64,000 bases of DNA from Octopus bimaculoides (Eukaryota). Positions 26,401-38,903 of this stretch are shown one piece after another. Each line of letters begins with the position of its first letter. Position 1 is the stretch's first letter. A model generated the notes under the pieces. That model searched no databases. It saw only the letters and a list, made by a program, of their open reading frames with translations, and was not told the origin of the DNA. Made by a program: the position numbers and the translations under genes. Where the stretch lies: contig NC_069002.1 in NCBI RefSeq assembly GCF_001194135.2, forward strand, positions 14,925,590 to 14,989,589, read 5' to 3'.

Positions 26401-29400
26401 ACTCAATCCATTTTCCCTTATTCATATTTACAAATGTGTGTGTGTGTGTGTCGCAAAATGAGGAAATCTGACTAATGGAGATTTTTTAAACTTACCCCGT
26501 TTTTAAAAGCATCTTCGGTGTCTGTGATTTCACTTGACTGGAAAAGCGCAGTCTTTGCACCAGATGAAACATCTTTTTCGACAGTCTTAGAACCAATGGA
26601 CCAAATACCTTTGTAACTTATCACCTCACCACTAGGTAAGGGTTGGAGCTGAGTGAATATGCACGTGTATGTAATAGCGTTTTGGTCACTATTAATTGCG
26701 TATGACACGCTAGGAGCTCCAGGTTTAGTTAAGTTACCTACAATAACAAAAACACATAAAATAGAATAAAATAAAAGAAATGAGATCGATTAATAATAAC
26801 TTTTTGATATTTGAGGGGAGGGGCTTAGTTAATTAAATTAATTGATACAGTATTTTATTGACCTGGAAAAAAAAAATGAAAGGAAATGTTGACCTTGGTT
26901 GGATTTGAACTCAGAACATAGAGAACCAAAACAAATACTGCAAGGTATTTTATTCTGATGCTGGGTTTAACATTAAAACAGTGGTTCCCAAATGGTGTTG
27001 TGGAAGAAGATAGCAGGTGAAGTGGGATGATTGAAAGACAATCAAAGATGTAGAAACAGTTTCAAAAAATTCATATACCAAAAACAAATATTTCAAAATT
27101 AAAAATATTATTGGGTTCTTTTGGGATATACAACCAGAAACAATATCCATGTGTCTCCTCAAAAGTATTACCCATTCTTTTACAGTTCTCCACAACATAT
27201 TGCTGTGAACAAGGATTTTCAGTTCTGATAAATATCGGCGATCTTTACTAAAGATTGGCCTTTTCTGTAAAAAGCGTTGGAGAGAAACAAGGAAAGGATG
27301 TCATAAAAGCGAAAGACATACAGAGAGCGCAATTTATTTTGAAGGGTTTACGGTTAGGGTTAGGGTTTGGGTTAGGGAATTCCGTCCGTAACCGTAACCC
27401 TAACCACTAAGCCTAACCCTAACACCGTAGTGAAGATCCTGCGGGTGTTACGGAAAAGGCCGATCTTGGGTAAAGATGGCCGAAGACACTTTTTACGGAA
27501 AAGGCCAATATTTAGGACTCGTACCATAAGATCGCCCAAATATCAAAAACCAAAAAGGGGAAAGGCTTCTTTGCGTTGATGAGGAGATGAGAGTTTATTT
27601 ATCTCAAATTAGGCTTAATATAAAGAAGATTACTCGTGAAAACAAGCTCATACTTTCATTAAATCTGTGTACTTTAATCATATTTTAAGTTATTTGTGTT
27701 ATATATTATATTTAACTCACTATTAGACATTTAAAAAAATTTTTATGTGTACTTTTTATCACATAAAATTTGGTGAGGCACGAGCAAATTACCACTCCAA
27801 ATATGTGGCCCAGAGAAAAATAGTTTGGGAAACACTGCGTTAAAAAAAGACGTTACTTCTGTCAAATTATTAATGATTGAATAAGTGAATGCAAATGCGT
27901 GTGTGTGTGTGTGTGTGTGTGTGTGCATATGCTCTCACTCTGCTTGTCTGTCTGTCTGTTTCTCTCTTTCAGGGACAACTGCTTATTTAGTTTTCATTTA
28001 CTGTTTATCGTTTGTCTCAATTACTGGACTGTGGCCATACTGGGGCACTGCATTGAAGGGTTTAATCAAACAAATAAACCTCAGTACTTCTTTTTATATG
28101 CCTGGTACTTATTCTATTGATCTCTTATGCTGAACCACAAAGTGATGGAAACTTGAAATAATGACTGGGGACAAACCTTGGCAAGCTTTTGTTGTTGTTA
28201 ATTCTGTCTGTGTCACCTGTGTTGTTAATGATGGCCCTGTAACATCTGTTGGTTCTGTTGGTAGTTCAGTTTCTATTGTGGTTGGTTCTGTTGGCATTAC
28301 TGTGACAGTTTCATTATCTGCAATTCAAGAAGAATATTTTAATATTTAGAGTTTAATAACAGCAGACTTTGCTTTTGCATTTAACTTACAAACTTATTGG
28401 AGGTGTTTTTGTTTTTTTTCTTGTATAGCATATGTTTTGCTCAGAAGGCTATAAAGATGTTTGATAAAATTCAGTGGTAATTCTATGCAGGTTAAATAAT
28501 TAAAAATACATGCATCTATACATATGTACATACACACACACACACATATATATATGCATGTGTACATTGACTCAAACCATCAGTCACTCTCTCTCTCTAT
28601 ATATATATAATATATATATATAATATACACACACACACCTGAATATCATGTCTATAAAGGTGCAAAACAAAATGGGGAACATAGTATTTGAAAACTGATG
28701 GCAGAGTAAAATATGTTTCACTGAAGCTGAAAGTTTTAAATAACTGATGATGGCTCATTAAAATCATTGAACATCCAATTCCCAGTTTGACAGTTTCCTG
28801 GTTTGACAGGAGCTGGTAAGGCCAGGATCCATGCTAGGTTCCATAGTCTGTTTTGGCATGGATTCTACAGCTTGATGCCCTTCCTAATGCCAACTACTTT
28901 TCAGAGTGCACTGGGTGCTTTTTATATAGCACCGGCATCAGTGTTTTTATGTGGCACCATCACTGATAGGTTCACCAAGTACCTTGCAAGTCAAAAACCT
29001 CCAGCTGGTAGTACGGAAGTAGTATTGAGAGGGTGTGTGGATTTGTGCCACTTAAGGGATTCAAGACATAGAAGGGATGCTGTAGACACATGGATAGCCT
29101 GGTTGGGAAACAAAGGAGAGTGAGTTGGAGAGTAAGATAAAGGGAGCAATAGGGAGACAGAGATGATAGTGAAAAGGTGTTAGGACATAGCCACAAGGGA
29201 CATTGAGTCTGGTGAGAATAGGTGAGGCAATATGGAAGTTTGGGATCGATGAGAAGATTGGATAAGGTGACTGTTGCAGATGATGGAGAGAAATATAGGA
29301 GAGGTTTGGAAGCAGGTGTTGCAGTAGATATGTGAGGGCATTGAGGATGATAACGGGTAAGCAAGGAGTTGAGGGGGAGCTGTACAGGAGGAAAGGAAAG

Positions 29401-30754
29401 GTGCAGAAAGGAAGTGAATGGTGGAGACAGTAGGCTAGGGGAAGAAAGGTAATTGGTGGGGAGGAAGGTAACTGAGAAAGTCTAGGGATGTAGCATGTAC
29501 CCTTCTCTGCTTTTAGGGGATACTGAAAGTGATGATTATTAGGGAATGAAATGTGAGTGGGGGGGGGAATATGATTGACAAGGTAGACAGGATGGAAGTA
29601 AGCATTAAGAAGATGGTTTTAGGATATCAGTTCTGCCGTGGTGGGTAAGTTGAGTATAACAAAGCACCAGACATCTTGGTTACTCTGAGGTTGGAGGTCG
29701 GGGTGAGAAAAGTAACTGGGATTGGGGAGTTGGAAAGTAACTGAGAAAGTCAAAGGATGCAGTATGTGTGTCTTCTGCTTTCAGGGGATACAGGAAGTGA
29801 TGAGTATTAGAGAATGAAATGTGGGGTGGGGGTGGGGGAAGATGATTGACATGGCTGAGAGGATGGAAGTAAGCATTAACAAGATGGTTTTAGGATATCA
29901 ATTTTGCTGTTGTGGGCAGGTCTCTTTGAGAATGGCAAAGCACCGGATTCCTTGGTCACTCTGAGTCAGTAGTTCAAAACCCATTCTGTATATACACGTA
30001 TGTATCTGTTTATGATTTTACTTTCCACAAGGAAAAATAAACCAAATCAACTTACCTGTAGCTCGCAAGGCAATTTCTTTAGTTGCAAATGTCACTTTCC
30101 ATTCAGCAATGACAATTTCAGAAAAGACCAATTTTGTTGAAGATGTGCCAAAAAAGAACTTTCCGGAAGCTGTTGAGGCTGTGTTCTTTTGAAGATACTT
30201 CTCTGTTTCTGATACCAATTTGCCATCTAAAAACAGTTTCAAACCTGTATAGACACTCCAACTGAAAGTAATGTTTGTGTAGGTGTTTAGGACTAGTTTA
30301 CCAGTGGAAACAGTCCACTGTTGAGTTTTGGTACTGAGGGTCAAAAACAATTGATTTCGTGTGTAATACATTGCTACACCTGTTCCTGCTGGATCATCTC
30401 CTCCATTGGTGAATATAAACATATTTTCCTTTATACTTTTTATAATCGTTATGAATGAGACACTTATCTGTAAGAGAAGAAGAATAGAAAAAGAAATTTT
30501 AAGGTAAATGAGAAATAAAATAAAAATCATGCAGTCTTTTGCAATAGAATCAATTTCTCAGTGGATTTTACATGAAGTTAATATAGAAAATATTTCTTAT
30601 AACATGGGTGCAAGCATAACTTGCTTCCCAACCACATGGTTCTGGGTTCAGTCCCACTGCATAGCACCTTGGGCATGTGTCTTCTACAATAGTCTCAGGC
30701 TAACCAAAGTCTTGTGAGTGGATTTGGTAGACAGAAATTAAAAGAAGCCCTTCG

Positions 30755-30788
<34 letters not shown>

Positions 30789-32656
30789 GTATTGGTATCC
30801 AGAAGACCCAAGGTGGCAGGTAATGCTATGTAAGTGCTATGGAAGGACCATAGTTAAATACTTGGTTTCATAATGATATGAATCAGGAGTTATATGAGCA
30901 TGTATATGTTAAATAAAATGAGACAACAAAGCCAAGGCTGTGTGGAATTTTCAGGACATTTATGAAGAGGAAGTTAGTCTTACAGCTGTTTCTTGGATAT
31001 TAGGAATATCCCTTCATCAGAGACGATGTGAGATGGTTAGTTTCAACAAGCAGCCAACATATACATAGCTCCAATATCAAACTCTATACTTTACCAGTGG
31101 AAACAGTCCACTGTTGAGTTTTGGTACTGAGGGTCAAAAACAATTGATTTCGTGTGTAATACATTGCTACACCTGTTCCTGCTGGATCATCTCCTCCATT
31201 GGTGAATATAAACATATTTTCCTTTATACTTTTTATAATCGTTATGAATGAGACACAACAGAAACCCTACCACAACAGAAACCCTACCAATCCCACTAAC
31301 CAGAATACTACTGCTACAATATCCCCCACTATTACAGATACTTCAAAATACTGCCCCAGCATAGCCGCAGTCTAATGACTGAAACTAGTAAAAAAATAAA
31401 AGATACTAAAAGATTATAAATGAAAGCAAGTACTTACACCCAAGCGACAACCCTCTGGGTTGCTAAGACACGTGGTCTGTAATGCATCTGCTGCAATAAA
31501 CTGATCTTTCCCTTCCAGATTTGCTCCAAGAACATCCTTGGTTACTTCAACAAGTGTCACATTACTTGAGATGGTGAAGTTCAGAGTGGAAGTTACTAAG
31601 ACTTTGCCTACGATCTTTTGGAAACTGCAGTCCTTTGTTTCAATTTTTTCAGCTGGTAAAGACAAGAATTGTTGTTTTAAATAAATGGTCTTGTGGAAAA
31701 ACACATGTCAATATGTGTATATGTATGCATGTAGACTGATAGATAGACAGACAGATAAGTAGGCAAGAAGATAGACAAATAGACAGGTAGATGAAATAGG
31801 CAGACAGATAGACAAGCTGAAAGTTGAAATCCTGCAAGGTAAACTTTGTCTTTCATCCTTTTGGTGTACATAAAATACCAGTTCAGGATCAATGTTGACT
31901 TATCGATTTCTCTCTGCTGTATATGTGTAATTTAAAGTGGAGGCGCAATGGCCCAGTGGTTAGGGCAACAGACTCGCGGTTTCGATTCCCAGACCGGGCG
32001 TTGTGAGTGTTTATTGAGCTTAAACACCTAAAGCTCTATGAGGCTCCGGCAGGGGATGGTGGCGAACCCTGCTGTACTCTTTCACCACAACTTTCTCTCA
32101 CTCTTACTTCCTGTTTCTGTTGTGCCTGTAATTCAAAGGGTAGGCCTTGTCAGACTGTGTCCCCGAGAACTACGTTAAGGGTACACATGTCTGTGGAGTG
32201 CTCAGCCACTTGCACATTAATTTCACGAGCAGGCTGTTCCGTTGATCGGATCAACTGGAACCCTCGACGTCGTAAGCGATGGAGTGCCAACAACAACAAT
32301 ATGTGTAATTTAAAGACCAATCCTTGTCACATTGTATCACACTGAGGATTGCATTGATGGCACATGGGTCTGTGGCACACTTAATCACTTACATGTTAAG
32401 CTCACCAAATAGAATTCTGTTTGTCAAACGAGTGAGAGCTCAGCAGAGAATTTAACATGTAAATGAGTAAATATATTTCCCTGTTACAAATGTGAATAAA
32501 CTTTTAATATACAAGTTAAAAACTTACATTCAACGAGGCTCCAAGCAGAACGATTCTGCCTTATGTTACAGATGAAGGATGTTGTCATTACTAAGTAGCC
32601 ATCACCATAGCATTTATCGTCGATAATACAGATGTCAGCCTGAAAAATATAGCACA

Positions 32657-32722
<66 letters not shown>

Positions 32723-35700
32723 TTATACACACACACACACATATATATATAAATGCTAGAATAAGAAATAGAAAGTCCTTGGTACAGTATTATATATTTG
32801 TAAAAATGAATAGAAATGACTTTTCTGATAATTTTCCCACGTTAATAATTAGCTGTTAGTAAGAAATATCTAATAACCTATGAATATCTAATTATCAAAG
32901 CAGATCTGGGCTGAATGCTTACAAAAAGGGTGGACTCCTTAATGGGCCAGGTGGGGATATTACTCATTCAATAATAATTGAAGTAATTAAAAAATATATA
33001 CCTATGTGTATTTGTGTCGTTTTGTCTTGACACAACATACATGTTGAAAACAAGTGTTGTTTGTTTACAAGCTTCTCTGAAATCTCATTTGATTATTGTA
33101 CTATTTATGTTCAAAGAACTGGAGGAAATATTGCATTATTTAGAAACAGGTGAGGCTTGGCAACAGGAAGGATGTCCAGCAGAAGAAAATCTGTCTCAGT
33201 GAATTTTGTTTGATTCATTATCATTTAACATCTGCCTTCCATGCTGGCATGGGTTGGATGGTTTGACAGGAGTAGGCCAAGTAGAAGACTATCTCAAGCG
33301 ACTGTGTCTGTCTTGGTATGGTTTTTCTGGCTGGATGCCCTTCCTAACGCTCACCACCCTGCATAGTGGACTGAGTACTTTTTACATGACACCAGCACAA
33401 ATTAGGTCAGTTTTGGCATGGTTTTTACAGCTGGATACCCTTCCTAACACCAACCACCCTACAGAGTGGACTGAGTGTTTTTTACATGGCACCAGCAGCA
33501 CAGGTGAGGTAAGTTATGGCATGACTTTTACAGCTGGATGCCCTTCCAAATGCCAACCACTTCACAGTGTGGATTGGATGTTTTTTACATGGCACCAGCA
33601 CCGGCAGGGATGCCAAGTAACTTGCAAGACAAGGAATTTTGAGAGGGAATGGTGCCTTGGAGGAAATATGGACATCATAATGATGATGAAGATATGGTAA
33701 AAATTTGGAAAGAGAATGTTAGTCATTAGTATTGGTAGAAATTAATTCACAAAAATCTGAAAAAAAGAATATTACAAGTGATTCAAAGTTTGACCCTGCT
33801 CCCCACAAAAAAAGAAAAAGTAGTTTCTTACACGTTGAGTGCAATTTTGATCATCACACTTGTAGCAAACTGGATTATAACGTGTGTAATTCAAGCTTGA
33901 ATCTGAGCCTTGATTTCCGTCATTACTTATGGAGATCTTGTATTTTCCTAAACTATCAATTGGACAAACGACTTGATCACTGGTAACATAAGTAGCACTC
34001 TTGCTATAAAATTTCGAACCCATGTCCTACAAAAATGAAAATAAAAAATAGACAGGAGGACATTAATACATGAATAAGAAAAAGGAAAATTCCTTCTTTT
34101 TTCATCATCTTTTAATTTTTATTGCATTTGGTGATATATGGTTTCTCTATGATTGGCCATAACACTTAACTTCCTAAAAAATATATAATTGCTTCAATGC
34201 TTTCAAGTGAGCTTTTTTGGATATATGAACTATTGATGATAGAGATATATAGCTTTGTTTGTTTGTTCCAAGTTTCCAGTGGGCCAATCACTTAATCTCT
34301 ACCTTTTCAATAGTAAAACTGACAAGGGATTGTCTGTGCTAATTGGAGGGAACAAATATTACAAAGGTACACTCAAATGTAGAGGTTTTATCTCTTTTCT
34401 TCCTGATGTACAACAATGGAGTTTATAAAAATATTTCTAATGCTCCTGACCAAAGCACTTCATTTCACTTTCATTTAATAACTTTGTCAAAGGATTCAGG
34501 GGTATTTTAAGGAGGACCAAATTCCTTTCAGAACAATTTAGTTAATGAAATTAATTTGATTAGCCTAGGCCTCATCTACTTGTTTCTTCTCTTCAACTTT
34601 AAGTATCATCATAAAGTCGTCTGTTCCACTAAACTCACTTTCCTTTTATTGAATACTAACAAGTCTTATGGTTAGTGAATCCAATTCATTTACTCTCTTT
34701 ACTCTTTTTACTCTTTTACTTGTTTCAGTCATTTGACTGTGGCCATGCTGGGGCACGCCTTTAGTCGAGAAAATCGACCCCAGGACTTATTCTTTGGATG
34801 CCTAGTACTTATTCTATCGGTCTCTTTTGCCGAACTGCTAAGATATGGGGACGTAAACACACCACCATCGGTTGTCAAGCNNNNNNNNNNNNNNNNNNNN
34901 NNNNNNNNNNNNNNNNNNNNNNNNNNNNNNNNNNNNNNNNNNNNNNNNNNNNNNNNNNNNNNNNNNNNNNNNNNNNNNNNNNNNNNNNNNNNNNNNNNNN
35001 NNNNNNNNNNNNNNNNNNNNNNNNNNNNNNNNNNNNNNNNNNNNNNNNNNNNNNNNNNNNNNNNNNNNNNNNNNNNNNNNNNNNNNNNNNNNNNNNNNNN
35101 NNNNNNNNNNNNNNNNNNNNNNNNNNNNNNNNNNNNNNNNNNNNNNNNNNNNNNNNNNNNNNNNNNNNNNNNNNNNNNNNNNNNNNNNNNNNNNNNNNNN
35201 NNNNNNNNNNNNNNNNNNNNNNNNNNNNNNNNNNNNNNNNNNNNNNNNNNNNNNNNNNNNNNNNNNNNNNNNNNNNNNNNNNNNNNNNNNNNNNNNNNNN
35301 NNNNNNNNNNNNNNNNNNNNNNNNNNNNNNNNNNNNNNNNNNNNNNNNNNNNNNNNNNNNNNNNNNNNNNNNNNNNNNNNNNNNNNNNNNNNNNNNNNNN
35401 NNNNNNNNNNNNNNNNNNNNNNNNNNAGTGGTTGGCGTTAGGAAGGGCATCCAGCTGTAGAAACTCTGCCAAATCAGACTGGAGCCTGGTGTTGCCATCC
35501 GGTTTCACCAGTCCTCAGTCAAATCGTCCAACCCATGCTAGCATGGAAAGCGGACGTTAAACGATGATGATGATGATGATGATGATATATACAATGGGCC
35601 TCTTTCAGTTTCCGTCTACCAAATCCACTCACAAGGCTTTGGTTGGCCCGAGGCTATAGTAGAAGACACTTGCCCAAGGTGCCACGCAGTGGGACTGAAC

Positions 35701-37447
35701 CCGGAACCATGTGGTTAGTAAGCAAGCTACTTACGACACAGCCACTCCTGCGCCTATTTATTTATTAATTCTGGGATACAGGGTACTTTCTCCTGTTACT
35801 AACCACCACTTCTTTATCAATAGTTTTATAACTCACAGTCCCTTTCTTTCTATCAGGATCTTGTTCCTACTTATACACAGCCCTTTACCCATTTCTAAGT
35901 TATTTTCATTTAAGAAGTTGAAAGAAAAATTCAAGAAAAACAATGTTACATTTGAGAAGTTGTAATGACAAATCAGTGTATTGGTCTGTACAAAGTTTTC
36001 GCCCGAAATTGCCACCTCACTGCAGTCAGTAATCCGTTCATCACACATTTCAGGGTCCAGAGAGAAAACAGTTGGTGGTGTATCCTTCTGAATGGAACAG
36101 TCAACACCAAAATATTTATTTTGACATTGGCATTCACCTGGAATATTCAATTAATAATGAAAAAGTAAATATCATTAGCATCATGTGTAGTGCTGGAATT
36201 TTAAGACGAAAAGATTGCAGCCTAAATTGAGAGATATTACAATGGTGGGTAAGAAAGAGAATATAAAAGTGAGCAGGAGCAATTGTGTTATATTTGAGAT
36301 TGTAGCTGTGTGAAGATTGTATTTGTGAAGGCGCATGGCTCAGAGGTGAGAGTTCAATTCCTAGACCAGGTTGTGTGTTGTGTTCTTGGGCAACATACTT
36401 TATTTCATGTTGCTCTAGTTTGTTCTGTAGAAATGAGCTGCGACATCACTAGTGCCAAGCTTTATTGGCCGTTGTCTTTCCCTTAGATAGCATCAGTGGT
36501 ATGGAGAAGGGGGACTGGTATATGTGGACAACTGCTGGTCTTCCATAATCAACATTTCCCAGACTTGTGCCTCAGAGAGGCTGGAAACCTGTGGTGAAAT
36601 TGAACTCAAGATCGGTAAGCGAGTAGTTGAATATTATAACATCATCTACCCATTAGATATTTAATTTTTACAACATATTGCATTATATAGTGAGTGCAAA
36701 TTATACTGAACAGCCAGCTGGAGGAGGCGTCCTCCTGGAGTTAAAATAGCAGCATCACCTGTTCTTAAACTGCACTCATGTTTAAGTGGCTATAAGCATT
36801 ACCTCTCAGTATAAATACCACTTCCATCTCTAATAGAGATTTTAACAAATTAGTTTGCTAGTAGAAATAATATTACTTACCTTTAACACATTCTCCAAAG
36901 CCACTACAGTCGTTAGGACATATCATGTCCATGATTTTATTAGTATTCGTATTGTTGTCCCACAATTCCACATTAGTTTCTACTTCCATGATACAAGATT
37001 GTTGAATACTCTGAACTGCTTCTTTGGCCCAAGAAGTATCCTCAGTAATCTAATTCCGAAAGAATCACAAAAGAATATTAGCTTTCCTTCTTTTGGCTTT
37101 AAGACCATATTTAAAACATTTATATGTATATATATCAGACAATGCTTCATGTGAATTATGCTATTCTAATTTAAAATGCACTCGTGCCAATGACACATAA
37201 AGAGCACTGAGTACATTCTGTAAAGTGGTTAGCATTAGGAAGGGCACCCAGCCACAGAAACCATGCTACAACAGACAATTGGGGGCTGGACAGCTCCTCA
37301 GCTGGCCAGTTCCATGTCAAGCTGTCCACCCCATGCCAGCATGGAAAATGGACGTTAAATGATGATGATATATATATATATATATCATATATATTCACGG
37401 TGGTGCACCAGCATGACCGCAGCCACTTGGCTGAAACACATAAATAA

Positions 37448-37484
<37 letters not shown>

Positions 37485-37794
37485 TATTTAGCAGAATCAA
37501 CAGAGTAACTCAAGGGCAGAGTTGTGTGCGTTGGCAATTATCAAACTACATTTATATATAATTGATCCCCCCAAAATGAAGGAAAAACACAAGAAAAAAC
37601 AACAATGCAAGGACATGGTACATGCAAAGTATTAACAGACACTCAGGGAAAGAAAGAAAGGTCGCTTTATGTTTCGAGCAAAGCTCTTCTTCAGAAACCA
37701 GAAACAAACGAAAGTCCAAGAGAAAAGGAAGATGGATGGAAAAAAATTGCCAACAATCCACATGTAGTTACATTTTGAAATGTATATTTATATG

Positions 37795-37887
<93 letters not shown>

Positions 37888-38433
37888 ACACAAGTGGGTG
37901 CTGGAAAGTTCCCTGGCTTTAAGGGTATCATGAAAGGCCTGGCTGAAGGCCCAACTTTCCAAGTTGTTTTACAGGGCTTAGAAAAACTGAAGGACCACTG
38001 CAATAAATGTGTGAATCTGAGAAGGGAGCATGTTGAATGGAATCATAATTAACTGATCCTCCTCTATTTTCTTTCACCCAAAACCAGGAACTTTTGAGTA
38101 CCCCCTCATATGTGTGTGTATATATACATATATATGTATAACTACTATAATAAACACATTTTTACCGATCACGAGGGAATGCAATTCTCAAAGCTTTTTT
38201 TTTAGGAGGTTAGCTTTGAGATTTGCATTCCCTCGCAAACGGTAAAAATGTGTTTATTATAGTAGTTTGACTTCTGGAGTCCCTCTTAGCATGAGGCGTT
38301 ATTGTATAGTAATGCCCTTATATAAATTAAATATATTTATAGGGGAAAATGATGGGTTTTTTTTTTTCCCTTATGAGGTTTTTTTCACGCTAACTACTTG
38401 ATAAATTCTTATAAAGACTTTATCCTATTATTG

Positions 38434-38469
<36 letters not shown>

Positions 38470-38866
38470 TTAAGAGAGAGATTTGACGACAATATCCATT
38501 ATTATTGTAATTTATTCCTATGTCAACATTTCTGTATAAAGCTATATTTGACCGTCAAATTTAAGTCAAACATATAAGTTGCCTTTTGTTTGATTTTTGT
38601 TTGTTCTCAAATGTATTCCCTGAAGACGTGTAAGGCAACTTATATGTTCGACTTAAATTTGACGGTCGAATATAGCTTTATACAGATATGTTGACATAGG
38701 AATAAATTACAATAATAATGGATATTGTCGTCAAATCTCTCTCTTAAATTTAAATTTAAAACTTTGGATATATAAACAAGGAGAACGATCCTTAAGGAGT
38801 CTAATTTAGACTTTTTTGCGGTGAAATCTCTTGCTATATTGGTAACGATTACATGGTTTTCTATGA

Positions 38867-38903
<37 letters not shown>

